DNA of 64,000 nt from Deltaproteobacteria bacterium (GTDB lineage: Bacteria; Desulfobacterota; Binatia; JACPRU01): the NCBI GenBank assembly GCA_016189835.1, contig JACPRU010000057.1, forward strand, positions 24,454 through 88,453. The letters run 5' to 3'. The translations under genes and the position numbers were made by a program. How positions within the stretch are numbered: position 1 is the stretch's first letter; the number at the start of each line of letters is the position of its first letter. Positions 35,927 to 44,897 of the stretch are shown here, in pieces. The notes beneath the pieces are model-generated. The model did not search any database. It saw only the letters and a program-made list of their open reading frames with translations, and had not been told where the DNA came from.

Positions 35927-36130
35927 TCAGCGCCCGCTAGGCGCCGAGCGCTCCAGCGGACGCCCGTACGGATCGGTCTTGCGACCGCCTCGCCTGCGGA
36001 TGGTCTTCAGGGTGTCCGGGTTCACCCAGGGTTGTCCCATGGCGCACGGCTGCGGGTAGCCGTCCTCGTCGACCGTCTCGTGGGCGGGGAACGCCGCGCG
36101 GTCGAAGCGCGTCATCATTCGCTTGGCCAT
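35927..36130 (-). CDS. Hypothetical small basic protein
   Basis: 67 aa from MAKRMMTRFD. No motif recognised. Confidence 0.3.
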   Translation of the reverse strand: MAKRMMTRFDRAAFPAHETVDEDGYPQPCAMGQPWVNPDTLKTIRRRGGRKTDPYGRPLERSAPSGR

Positions 36131-36179
36131 GGCGACGCCTTGGTCTGCCAGATTCCTGCCGCGAGGTAAACCGGGCAAA

Positions 36180-36207
36180 TTGAATTGCGGTCCGCCTGTG
36201 CTATTTG
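36180..36207 (+). promoter_or_regulatory. Sigma70-like promoter TTGAAT-N16-TATTTG upstream of ileS
   Basis: The -10 ends at 36207 and an in-frame GTG lies at 36217, giving leaderless geometry. Confidence 0.35.
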
Positions 36208-36216
36208 CCGGGGACC

Positions 36217-39039
36217 GTGCCGAAAGCTGCCGAGGGCTCGATTCCCTCCCACTACAAAGACACGCTGAACCTGCCCAAGACCGACTTTCCGATGCGGGGC
36301 AACCTGCCCAAGCGGGAGCCGGGAACGATCCGCCGCTGGCAAGAGATCGATCTCTACGGGAAGTTGCAGGCCGCGCGCGGTACCGCGGCCGAGACCTTCG
36401 TCCTGCACGACGGCCCGCCGTACGCCAACGGCAACATCCATCTCGGCCACGCGCTCAACAAAGTACTGAAGGACATCATCGTCAAGTTCCGCACCATGGC
36501 CGGGGCGCGCGCGCCGTACGTGCCGGGCTGGGACTGCCATGGCTTGCCGATCGAGCTCGCCATGGAGAAGAGCCTCGGCCGCAAGGGCGAGATTTCGAAG
36601 GTGGAATTCCGCAAGCTCTGCCGAGAGTACGCGAGCCGCTATGTTGCCATCCAGCGCGAGGAGTTTCGCCGACTCGGCATCCTCGGTGACTGGCCGAACC
36701 CTTACTTGACGATGGACCCGCACTACGAGGCCGCGGAGGTGCGGGAATTCGGCAAGCTGGTGGAGAACGGCGCCGTCTACCGGGGGCGAAAGCCGGTCCT
36801 CTGGTGTCCCTCTTGCTCCACCGCTCTCGCCGAGGCCGAGGTCGAATACGAGGAGATCTCCTCGCCGTCGATCTACGTCGCTTTCCCGCTGGCCGAACCG
36901 ATGCCCGCACCGCTCGCGCCCTTTGCCGACCGGCATCCCGAACTGGTCGTCTGGACGACGACGCCGTGGACCCTGCCGGCCAATCTGGCGATCGCCGTGC
37001 ACCCCGACCTGCGCTACGTCGTCGTCGAGGCGAGCGGCAGATTGCTGGTCGTCGCCCGCGGGCGGCTCGAACCGTTCGTCGCCGCGATCGGCGCCGACGG
37101 CGTGCAGGTGCTCGGCGAGTTTCCCGGGACGGCACTGGAGAACGCGCGCGCGCGTCATCCGTGGATCGACCGAGATTCGCTGGTGATCCTCAGCGGGCAC
37201 GTTACGCTCGACGCGGGCACGGGCCTCGTTCACACCGCGCCCGGTCACGGGCAGGAGGACTACGAGGTCGGCCTGCGCTACGGGCTCGAGGTGTACGCTC
37301 CGGTGGACGCGCAGGGCCGCTTCACCACCGAGGTCGACGGCCTCGGCGGCGAGTTCGTCTTCGACGCGGATCCGAGCATCATCGCCCGGCTACGCGAGTC
37401 CGGACGGCTGCTCAACGCGGAGAAGCTGCGGCACAGCTACCCGCACTGCTGGCGCTGCAGGAATCCGGTGATCTTCCGAGCCACCGATCAGTGGTTCGTT
37501 TCCATGGAACACGGCGGGCTGCGACGGCGGGTTCTCGAGGCGATCGACCGCGTACGATGGATTCCAGCGTGGGGGCGCGACCGCATCCGGGGCATGATGG
37601 AGGCTCGCCCCGACTGGTGCATTTCCCGGCAGCGCGATTGGGGTGTGCCGATCGTCGCCTTCTTCTGCCTGGGGTGCGGCGAAACCTTGGTGTCGCGGCA
37701 GATCGCCGAGCACGTCGCCGCGCTGTTCGACCGGCAGGGGGGAGCCGACGCCTGGTTCGAGCGCTCGCCCCGCGAGCTGCTGCCTGACGCCACCCGATGC
37801 GGCAAGTGCGGCGGCAGCGATTTCCGCAAGGAGCAGGACATCCTCGACGTCTGGTTCGACTCGGGGATGAGCCACGTCGCCGTGCTGGAGAGCCGCGAGG
37901 GACTGCGCTGGCCGGCGGATCTCTACCTGGAGGGGAGCGATCAGCATCGCGGCTGGTTTCACACCTCGCTGCTCACCGCCGTGGCGACGCGTGACCGGGC
38001 GCCGTACGAGGCGGTGCTGACCCACGGCTTCACGGTCGACGCCGAGGGGCGCAAGATGTCGAAGTCGGCGGGGACCGGATTGTCTCCGCAGGACATCATC
38101 GAGAGACACGGCGCCGAGATCTTGCGCCTGTGGGTGGCGGCGGAAGATTACCGCGACGACGTGCGCATCTCGCAGGAGATCGTCGGGCGGTTGATCGAAG
38201 CGTTCCGACGCATTCGCAACACCGCACGCTTCTTGATCGCCAACCTCTACGATTTCGAGCCGGCGCGTGATGCCGTCTCGCCCGAACGCCTCCTCGAGCT
38301 CGATCGTTGGATTCTCGCGCGCACCCGCGATCTTGCCGAGCGCTGTCGAGCCGCCTACGCGGCCTACGAGTTCCACGTCGTCTATCACGCGCTCAACAAC
38401 TTCTGCAGCGTCGACTTGAGCGCGCTGTATCTCGACATCACCAAGGACCGCCTGTACTGCTCGCCCGCCAGCGGCGAAGCGCGGCGCTCCGGGCAGACCG
38501 CGTTGTGGCGGATCCTCGACGTGATGGTCCGCCTGATGGCGCCGATTCTCTCGTTCACGGCGGAAGAGATCTGGGCACACGTCCCGACCGTGGCGTCGCG
38601 GCCGGAAAGCGTCTTCCTGTGCGACTTTCCGCGGCTCGACGCCGACGCGTGCGATGCGGAGCTGCTCGAGACCTGGGATCGTCTGCTGGCGGTGCGCGAT
38701 GCGGTGACCAAGGCGCTGGAGGGGGCCCGCCAAGCCGGCAGCATCGGACACTCGCTGGAGGCCTGCGTTCGGCTCGGCTTCGATCGCGAGGAAGCCCTCG
38801 AACGCCTGCTCACCGATCATCTGGCGGAGCTGCCGACGCTGTTCATCGTCTCGCAGGTGGAGATCGCGCCGCAGCTCGGCGAGGACGCGCGCAGCCCGGT
38901 GCTGCCCGGCCTGCGCGTCGCCGTGGCGCGCGCTGCGGGGCAGAAATGCGCGCGCTGCTGGAACTATCGAACGTCGGTAGGATCGGACGCCGCGCATCCG
39001 ACGATCTGCGCTCGTTGCGTGAGCGCGCTGCCTCGATGA
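36217..39039 (+). CDS. ileS: Isoleucyl-tRNA synthetase
   Basis: [16 protein letters not shown], the HIGH motif ([11 protein letters not shown]), KMSKS and a C-terminal Zn-finger (CARCWNY...CARC). An alternative TTG start is at 36205. Confidence 0.95.
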   Translation: MPKAAEGSIPSHYKDTLNLPKTDFPMRGNLPKREPGTIRRWQEIDLYGKLQAARGTAAETFVLHDGPPYANGNIHLGHALNKVLKDIIVKFRTMAGARAPYVPGWDCHGLPIELAMEKSLGRKGEISKVEFRKLCREYASRYVAIQREEFRRLGILGDWPNPYLTMDPHYEAAEVREFGKLVENGAVYRGRKPVLWCPSCSTALAEAEVEYEEISSPSIYVAFPLAEPMPAPLAPFADRHPELVVWTTTPWTLPANLAIAVHPDLRYVVVEASGRLLVVARGRLEPFVAAIGADGVQVLGEFPGTALENARARHPWIDRDSLVILSGHVTLDAGTGLVHTAPGHGQEDYEVGLRYGLEVYAPVDAQGRFTTEVDGLGGEFVFDADPSIIARLRESGRLLNAEKLRHSYPHCWRCRNPVIFRATDQWFVSMEHGGLRRRVLEAIDRVRWIPAWGRDRIRGMMEARPDWCISRQRDWGVPIVAFFCLGCGETLVSRQIAEHVAALFDRQGGADAWFERSPRELLPDATRCGKCGGSDFRKEQDILDVWFDSGMSHVAVLESREGLRWPADLYLEGSDQHRGWFHTSLLTAVATRDRAPYEAVLTHGFTVDAEGRKMSKSAGTGLSPQDIIERHGAEILRLWVAAEDYRDDVRISQEIVGRLIEAFRRIRNTARFLIANLYDFEPARDAVSPERLLELDRWILARTRDLAERCRAAYAAYEFHVVYHALNNFCSVDLSALYLDITKDRLYCSPASGEARRSGQTALWRILDVMVRLMAPILSFTAEEIWAHVPTVASRPESVFLCDFPRLDADACDAELLETWDRLLAVRDAVTKALEGARQAGSIGHSLEACVRLGFDREEALERLLTDHLAELPTLFIVSQVEIAPQLGEDARSPVLPGLRVAVARAAGQKCARCWNYRTSVGSDAAHPTICARCVSALPR

Positions 39040-39584
39040 CCGCCGGCGCGGCACAGCGTCGCGCCGGCCGGCACAAGTTCCGATCGGCGCTCGGCGTGGC
39101 GCTGGCGGTGTTCGCGCTGGATCGAACGACCAAGGCCGTGGTGTCGAGTCGTCTCGATCTGCGCGACGCGGTGCCGGTCATCGATGGCTTTCTCAACATC
39201 GTCCATGCCCGCAATCCCGGCGCGGCGTTCAGCTTTCTCGCCGATGCTCCCGCTTGGTTCCGCGGGCCGTTCTTCGTCTGCGTGACGGTCGGCGCGATCA
39301 TCGCCGTGCTCTACGTGGTCGCTCGCTTGCCGCCACAGGATCGCCTGATGCGCGCGGCGCTCGGCGGGGTTCTGGGCGGCGCGCTCGGCAATCTCTTCGA
39401 TCGGCTGGCGTACGGCGAGGTCGTCGACTTCATCGACGTGTACTGGCGCACGCATCACTGGCCCGCGTTCAACGTCGCGGACTCGAGCATCACCGTGGCG
39501 GTGGTCGCCATCCTCGCGCACACGCTGCTGTCGGAGCCGCCGGACGCTTCGGCGGCGCACCCGCGCGGCGCGCCACGACCTTGA
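39036..39584 (+). CDS. lspA: Lipoprotein signal peptidase (signal peptidase II)
   Basis: ATGA overlap with ileS. Motifs NPGAAFS, GNLFDR, VVDFI and FNVADS. Confidence 0.92.
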   Translation: MTAGAAQRRAGRHKFRSALGVALAVFALDRTTKAVVSSRLDLRDAVPVIDGFLNIVHARNPGAAFSFLADAPAWFRGPFFVCVTVGAIIAVLYVVARLPPQDRLMRAALGGVLGGALGNLFDRLAYGEVVDFIDVYWRTHHWPAFNVADSSITVAVVAILAHTLLSEPPDASAAHPRGAPRP

Positions 39585-39645
39585 CTCTCGGCGGCGCGCG
39601 ACATTACTCTCGTTGGCGTGTTCGAAAGCCCGGGGAGGGAAGAAA

Positions 39646-39990
39646 ATGCTGCGAAAACGAACCGTAGCCGCTGCGCTTTTTTTGGTTCCACTGCTCGCCG
39701 GATGCGCCTCCGGCGGCCTGAGCAAGCGTGAGGCCGGGGCACTCGGCGGCGGCGCCGTGGGCGCCGGAGCCGGAGCGCTGATCGGCCATGCCACCGGTCA
39801 TACGGCGGGCGGCGCCGCGATCGGCGGCGCCCTCGGCGCGCTCACCGGCGCCGTGGTGGGCGACCAGGTCCAGGCTCAGGACAACCGCTCCACCGCGCAG
39901 GATGAGGAACTGCGGCGCCAGCGTCGTGAGATCGAAGATCTCCGCCGGCAGCAGAACCAGGATCGTGATTCGGACTACGAGCGCTACTGA
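39646..39990 (+). CDS. Glycine-zipper lipoprotein with a coiled-coil tail
   Basis: GGGAGGGAAG lies upstream. The lipobox is LLAGC and the Gly-zipper is GGGAVGAGAGALIGHATGHTAGGAAIGGALGALTGAVVG. Confidence 0.75.
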   Translation: MLRKRTVAAALFLVPLLAGCASGGLSKREAGALGGGAVGAGAGALIGHATGHTAGGAAIGGALGALTGAVVGDQVQAQDNRSTAQDEELRRQRREIEDLRRQQNQDRDSDYERY

Positions 39991-40080
39991 GGAGCCGGCC
40001 GGAGGCGTCGCTCGACCGCTGCGGAGTCCGGGGACGGACCGAGCCGCGAGGCCGGCAGCGAAACGGGGAGGGGGGGTCGA

Positions 40081-40785
40081 ATGAATCGGGTGATCTGGGT
40101 GCCGATGGTGCTCGGCGCCGGGGCGGCGATGCTGATTGCCTCGTGCGCCTCGGGGGGGCTCAGCAAGCGAGAGGCGGGGGCACTGGGTGGCGGGGCGGTC
40201 GGTGCGGGAGCTGGAGCGCTGATCGGCCATGCCACCGGGCACACCGCCGCCGGAGCGGCGATCGGCGGCGCGCTCGGCGCGCTCAGCGGCGCCGTGGTCG
40301 GGGATCAGATCGAGGCGGGGGACCAGAAGCTCGACGCCCGCGAGCAGGAGATCGCCCGCAACCGCGAGCTCATCGAGGAGCTGAAGCGGCGCAATCTGGA
40401 AGTGCGGGAGACCAGCCGGGGGGTGGTCGTGAATCTCCCCGACGTTCTGTTCGAGTTCAACAAGTACCACCTGACCACCGACGCGCGCGCCAAGGTTCAC
40501 GACATCGCCGAAATCCTCGATCGCCCGAAGGTGGCGAAGCGCCGGGTCTCGGTCGAGGGACACACGGATTCGATCGGCAGCGAGGAATACAATCTGCGAC
40601 TCTCTCGGCAGCGCGCCGATTCGGTTGCCAGCGCGCTCGAAAGCGACGGGACCCAGGCGAGTCGATTGCAGACCCGTGGCTTCGGCAAGAAATATCCCAT
40701 CGCGCCCAACAAGAACTCCGATGGCAGCGACAACCCCGCGGGCCGCGCCAAGAACCGCAGAGTCGAGGTCATCATCGAGAACTGA
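40081..40785 (+). CDS. Glycine-zipper + OmpA-domain (peptidoglycan-binding) lipoprotein
   Basis: The lipobox is LIASC. It carries the same Gly-zipper module as the previous gene, followed by an OmpA_C domain (FEFNKYHLT...VEGHTDSIGSEEYNLRLSRQRADSV...NRRVEVII). Confidence 0.88.
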   Translation: MNRVIWVPMVLGAGAAMLIASCASGGLSKREAGALGGGAVGAGAGALIGHATGHTAAGAAIGGALGALSGAVVGDQIEAGDQKLDAREQEIARNRELIEELKRRNLEVRETSRGVVVNLPDVLFEFNKYHLTTDARAKVHDIAEILDRPKVAKRRVSVEGHTDSIGSEEYNLRLSRQRADSVASALESDGTQASRLQTRGFGKKYPIAPNKNSDGSDNPAGRAKNRRVEVIIEN

Positions 40786-40829
40786 ACGAGGCGCCGGCCT
40801 GCTGGTGCGTGCGTTCGTGCGACGCTTGG

Positions 40830-40858
40830 TTGACACGATCGGCGTCGGAGTTTAACCT
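40830..40858 (+). promoter_or_regulatory. Sigma70-like promoter TTGACA-N17-TAACCT
   Basis: It would give a leader of about 80 nt containing an 8-bp perfect hairpin (40871-40878 paired with 40901-40908) before the ATG at 40945. Confidence 0.35.
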
Positions 40859-40944
40859 ACCGGGTTGACCATCCGGCGAGCCGCACGGAGCATCTCGGGC
40901 CGCCGGATTTCGTGCGCCCGCACCGGGCGCGAGGAAAGGCGTTT

Positions 40945-41112
40945 ATGGCGGACAAGAAGGCGAAGACGGCCGAGAAAGGCGGCGCGGCCCTCAAGCATTC
41001 GTGCCCGCAGTGCGGTGCCGAGAGCCGCGTGGTCTTCTACACGGGATTCGGCAAGCGCGGATACTTCTGGTCGTGCGACAAGGCGTGCGGTTACGTCGAG
41101 CGCACCAAGTAG
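40945..41112 (+). CDS. Small zinc-ribbon protein (topoisomerase-type C4 finger-like)
   Basis: 55 aa with GAGGAAAGG upstream. The pattern is CPQCG...GKRGYFWSCDKACGY. Confidence 0.55.
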   Translation: MADKKAKTAEKGGAALKHSCPQCGAESRVVFYTGFGKRGYFWSCDKACGYVERTK

Positions 41113-41124
41113 ACGGAGACGTCC

Positions 41125-41502
41125 ATGGGTCGAATTCGCCGAAGAGACAAGGACAAGAAGAGGGGCTTCAGCATCTTCGATGACGAGGAGCCGGCGGACG
41201 TCTCCGCGGACGAGGATCTTCCCAAGGACGAGGCCGGGCGGCGCAAGATCAAGCGACAGTACAGCGAGCTGCTCGGGGTACGGATCGAAAAGCTCAAGGG
41301 ACGAATCCTCAACCGCGAGCGGATCAACAAGACGATCGAGGGCGTCTACTTCATCTGCATCGACTGCAAGAAGGTCAGCCACAACATGGACGACGGCCTG
41401 GTCGAGGACCCGGAGAACGTCAGCAACCGTTGTGGCGGCTGCGCCAAGGCCAAGGGAATTCCCGTTCCGCCCGGCGGCGGCAAGGGTCAAGCCGCCGCCT
41501 AG
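41125..41502 (+). CDS. Small acidic/basic protein with a C-terminal CxxC...CxxC zinc ribbon
   Basis: 125 aa with CIDCKK...RCGGCAK. It starts 12 nt after the previous gene. Confidence 0.5.
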   Translation: MGRIRRRDKDKKRGFSIFDDEEPADVSADEDLPKDEAGRRKIKRQYSELLGVRIEKLKGRILNRERINKTIEGVYFICIDCKKVSHNMDDGLVEDPENVSNRCGGCAKAKGIPVPPGGGKGQAAA

Positions 41503-41533
41503 CAGCCCTTTTTCGAACCCGGCTGCCCGGTGC

Positions 41534-42184
41534 TCAGGGGGTCGCGGGCAGCAGCCCCATCTTGCGGGCTTCGACCAGCGTGCGCGTTGGTCGGACGGCG
41601 CGGCGCAGTTCGCGCAGGTCATCGACCGTGTCGATGTCGAAGCTGAGGCCGGGCAGGTCGATCTCGCTGTGCGAGACCTCCGCGTCGGCGGCGGCGGCGA
41701 CGTGGTCCTGGAAGCTCCTGCCGCCGAACCGGGTGGAGATCACGGTCGGCGGAACCCGCAGGAGAGCGTTCGTCCCCAGCCCCTCGTGCGAGCGAGCGAT
41801 ACGGACGTGCGCTCCCTCGGGCAGGTCGGCGTAGACCGCATCCACCTCCTCGGTGGTGAGCAGCGGCAGGTCCGACAGCACGATCAACACCGAGGTGGCC
41901 CCGCGCTCGATGCAGCGGTTCGTGCCCAGGGCGGCCGCCGCGTTCAAGCCGCGCGGGTTCTCTTCGTCGATGGCCAACGCGCGCATGAGCCGAGCGAGAT
42001 CGAGCAGTCGCGGGTCGGCGGTGACCACCGCTACGGCATCGACATGACTCGCGCGGCAGAGGCATTCGAGTACGTCGTGAAACATCGCGTAGCAGAGCGC
42101 GGTTCGATCCGGCTCGCTGAGATGGGTGGCGAGCCGGCTCTTGGCGAGGGCGAGCGGCTTGGTGGGCAGCAGGGCGAAGCGCAT
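41534..42184 (-). CDS. cofC: 2-phospho-L-lactate / phosphoenolpyruvate guanylyltransferase (F420 biosynthesis, CofC/FbiD)
   Basis: 216 aa from MRFALLPTKPLALAKSRL, with DLPLLT and a nucleotidyltransferase fold pattern. Confidence 0.75.
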   Translation of the reverse strand: MRFALLPTKPLALAKSRLATHLSEPDRTALCYAMFHDVLECLCRASHVDAVAVVTADPRLLDLARLMRALAIDEENPRGLNAAAALGTNRCIERGATSVLIVLSDLPLLTTEEVDAVYADLPEGAHVRIARSHEGLGTNALLRVPPTVISTRFGGRSFQDHVAAAADAEVSHSEIDLPGLSFDIDTVDDLRELRRAVRPTRTLVEARKMGLLPATP

Positions 42185-42330
42185 CGCGCAGCGGAATATA
42201 GTCCACGCCCCCGATCGAGTCGAGCCGCCGGTGAAGCCAACACGACGGCGGAGCCAACTTGCGGCTGCCGGGCTCACTCGTTATAAGCCTCGCGCCCTCA
42301 CCCAACCGAGAACGAGGCCCGACTCCCTGC

Positions 42331-42897
42331 ATGCGGATCACCGGCGGCGTCGCCCGAGGTCGTCCCCTTCGCGCCCCGAGAGGGCCGAAGGTCAGGCCCA
42401 CGGCGGACAAGGTGCGCGGCGCGATCTTCAACATTCTCGCGACGCGGATCGACGTCGCCGACCAGCGGTGGCTCGACCTGTTCGCCGGCAGCGGCGCGCT
42501 GGGCCTGGAAGCGCTCAGCCGCGGAGCGGCCTGGGTCCTGTTCGTGGACGAGAGCCGCGATTCCTGCCGGGTGATCCGCGAGAACCTGGAGCGGAGCGGC
42601 TTTGCCTCGCGCGGCGAAGCCCGCCGCCTGATGCTGCCGCAGGGGCTGCGGTCCGTCGCGCGCTCGGGTCTGCGGTTCCACGGCTCGTTCGTCGATCCCC
42701 CGTACCGCCGCGGGCTGTGCCCGGCGACCCTGGATGGGCTCGGCGACGGCACGCTGTTGCTTCCCGACGCGCTCGTCGTCGTGGAACACGGCTCGGACGA
42801 GACCCTCGCCGAGCGATACGGCCGTCTGCAGCGCACCGACACCCGCCGCTACGGATCGACGGCGATCTCGCTGTACGCGAACGTGGAGGATCCATGA
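42331..42897 (+). CDS. rsmD: 16S rRNA (guanine966-N2)-methyltransferase
   Basis: MRITGGVARGRPL...RPTADKVRGAIFNIL...DLFAGSGALGLEALSRGA...VDPPY. Confidence 0.9.
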   Translation: MRITGGVARGRPLRAPRGPKVRPTADKVRGAIFNILATRIDVADQRWLDLFAGSGALGLEALSRGAAWVLFVDESRDSCRVIRENLERSGFASRGEARRLMLPQGLRSVARSGLRFHGSFVDPPYRRGLCPATLDGLGDGTLLLPDALVVVEHGSDETLAERYGRLQRTDTRRYGSTAISLYANVEDP

Positions 42898-43403
42898 AGA
42901 ACCCAAGAGGAGAGCGGGTCGCGGTGTTTCCAGGCTCGTTCGATCCGTTCACCAACGGGCATCTCGACATCGTCGAGCGCAGCCTGGAGATCTTCGATCG
43001 CGTGATCGTCGCCGTCGCCTTCAATGCCGCGAAGGACTCCGCCCTGTTCTCGCCGCAGGAGAGGGTCGAGATGATCCTCGAAGCGACGCGCACCCCGCGG
43101 GTGGTCGCCGACGCCTTCTCGGGCTTGCTGGTCGATTACGTGGAGCGCAGCGGAGCTCAGTCGATCGTCCGCGGGCTGCGGGCGGTCGCGGATTTCGAGT
43201 ACGAGTTTCAGATGGCGATGATGAACCGGCATCTGCGTCCGCGGATCGAAACCATCTTCATCATGGCCAGCGAGGCCCACTTCTACACGAGCGCGCGCCT
43301 CGTGAAGGAGGTCGCGAGCCTCGGCGGCGACGTCACCGGCCTGATCCCCGCCGGGGTCCGGCGGCGGCTGGTGCGCAAGCTCAAGGAGAAGACGGCGCGC
43401 TGA
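42894..43403 (+). CDS. coaD: Phosphopantetheine adenylyltransferase
   Basis: ATGA overlap with rsmD. Motifs are VFPGSFDPFTNGHLDIV and RGLRAVADFEYE. Confidence 0.95.
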   Translation: MKNPRGERVAVFPGSFDPFTNGHLDIVERSLEIFDRVIVAVAFNAAKDSALFSPQERVEMILEATRTPRVVADAFSGLLVDYVERSGAQSIVRGLRAVADFEYEFQMAMMNRHLRPRIETIFIMASEAHFYTSARLVKEVASLGGDVTGLIPAGVRRRLVRKLKEKTAR

Positions 43404-43420
43404 ACGGTCGAGGCGCGGGC

Positions 43421-44404
43421 TCAGAACTCCGTGCTGAAGACCTCGGCGGTGAACAGAGTGATCTGCGCCGCCGGATCCTGCCAGGCGTCGGGCGGCAAAC
43501 CGGCCTTCAGACACGTCTCCGCGAGCAGCGTCAGCCGGTCCCAACCCGCGTCGCGAGCCACGCGAGGGAGGAAGACGCCCTTGCGTCCGTGGAGCGAGAT
43601 CGAGATCCCATGGAGACCGGGGATCACGCGCTCGGGAGAAGCCGCGAGCGGCTCCGACAAGATGGAGATCTCGATCTCCAGGGAAGCGAGCTCGCTTCGG
43701 GTCAGCGGGCCGAAGCGCGGATCGCGAAACGCCGCCGCCGAGGCCATGTCGCGGACCACCTCGTGGAGGGGGCGGTCGCGGAGCAGGCTACCGATGCAAC
43801 CGCGCAGCTCCCCGCCGCGGTGCAGGCTCACGAAGGCACCCCCCGGCTCGAGCAAGGCGCTGGGCGGTGGCACCTCGATCTTCGTCGGCCTGCCCTCCAG
43901 AAGGGCGGCGATCTCCTCGCGGGCGAGGCGCAGCAGATAGGTCTGTTCGACTTCGGATAGCCCGCGGAAGCCGCTCGGCCGCGGCGGAGGCAGACGGCCG
44001 GTCCGGCGGTAGATGAAGTAGTCGGCGAGAATCTCGCGGTGGTCGAAGGCGAGATCCACCGGCATGGCGTCCTCGTCGAACGACGCGGCGTCGGCGGCAT
44101 CGTCTCCGGCTACCGGCTCACCTCGAGCGCGTCCCAGGAAGACCACGCTCAACGTGTGGTGCCGGGGGTCGCGCCGAGGATCCGAGTAGACGTTGAACAG
44201 CTCGCTCAGCTTGACGTCGAGGCCGGTCTCTTCGCGCGCCTCTCGAATGGCGGCATCTTCGGCGTTCTCTCCCTCTTCGACGAAGCCACCGGGAATCGCC
44301 CAACCCGGAGGTGGGTTGCGGCGTTGGACCAGCACGATCCCGCCGGAGGCGAGCTCGATGATGACGTCGGCCGCGGTTCGTGGCCCCCGCAGCGGCATGG
44401 CCAA
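43421..44404 (-). CDS. Fusion protein: NUDIX hydrolase domain + AMMECR1 domain
   Basis: 327 aa. The Nudix box is GGFVEEGENAEDAAIREAREETGL (N-terminal half). The AMMECR1 signature is GAFVSLH..GELRGCIGS...ISILS...HGISI (C-terminal half). Confidence 0.85.
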   Translation of the reverse strand: MAMPLRGPRTAADVIIELASGGIVLVQRRNPPPGWAIPGGFVEEGENAEDAAIREAREETGLDVKLSELFNVYSDPRRDPRHHTLSVVFLGRARGEPVAGDDAADAASFDEDAMPVDLAFDHREILADYFIYRRTGRLPPPRPSGFRGLSEVEQTYLLRLAREEIAALLEGRPTKIEVPPPSALLEPGGAFVSLHRGGELRGCIGSLLRDRPLHEVVRDMASAAAFRDPRFGPLTRSELASLEIEISILSEPLAASPERVIPGLHGISISLHGRKGVFLPRVARDAGWDRLTLLAETCLKAGLPPDAWQDPAAQITLFTAEVFSTEF

Positions 44405-44448
44405 GAACTAACACATGCAGCCGCCGCGCAGAAGCTCTGCGGCGATAC

Positions 44449-44486
44449 AAAAAAGGCGACCGCCGCGAGAGGCGTCGCCTTCTTTG
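44449..44486 (-). terminator. Intrinsic terminator downstream of the OprI/Lpp-like gene
   Basis: Minus strand reads AAGGCGACGCC-loop-GGCGGTCGCCTT followed by TTTTTT. Confidence 0.7.
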
Positions 44487-44502
44487 CGAGCGGAAAGGGC
44501 CT

Positions 44503-44754
44503 CTACTTCCGAACCGTCTTGCTGAACACGGCCTCGGCCTTCTGTGCGGCGGCCTCGGCTCGCTGAGCGGCCGCTTCGGCGCGACTCGCCGCAGCCTCGG
44601 CCCGGGATGCAGCGGCGTCCACCCGACTCGCGTTCGACGCACACGCCTGGCACGCTGAAGTATCGACCTTTTCGGCGCAGCCGGTCGCCATCATCGCGAC
44701 GAACAGACCGCCGATCAGGACGGGCATGCCCATCCTCTTCCACGTTGTCCTCAT
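44503..44754 (-). CDS. OprI/Lpp-like alanine-zipper outer-membrane lipoprotein
   Basis: A perfect AAGGAGGTGA lies 7 nt before the ATG. The lipobox is MATGC. The repeats are AAASRAEAAASRAEAAAQRAEAAAQKAEA and the C-terminus is ...TVRK (compare E. coli Lpp ...KYRK and OprI ...SRK). Confidence 0.75.
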   Translation of the reverse strand: MRTTWKRMGMPVLIGGLFVAMMATGCAEKVDTSACQACASNASRVDAAASRAEAAASRAEAAAQRAEAAAQKAEAVFSKTVRK

Positions 44755-44897
44755 CTCTCCGTCACCTCCTTAAGATCGAGACGCTGCGGTTGGTATTTCA
44801 CAAATGTTCCTCGCTCGCAAGATCACGATTGACTCGGGCTAGCGCTGTCGAGTCGTTCAAGGGGTCAATGACCGGGTGGAGCGCCAGATCCCTGCCG

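Noticed and set aside
44520-44650. A repetitive GC-rich DNA tract that could have been a short tandem repeat or CRISPR-like array.
   Set aside because: The periodicity corresponds to the in-frame AAASRAE/AAAQRAE heptads of the OprI/Lpp-like lipoprotein. There are no spacers and no cas genes.
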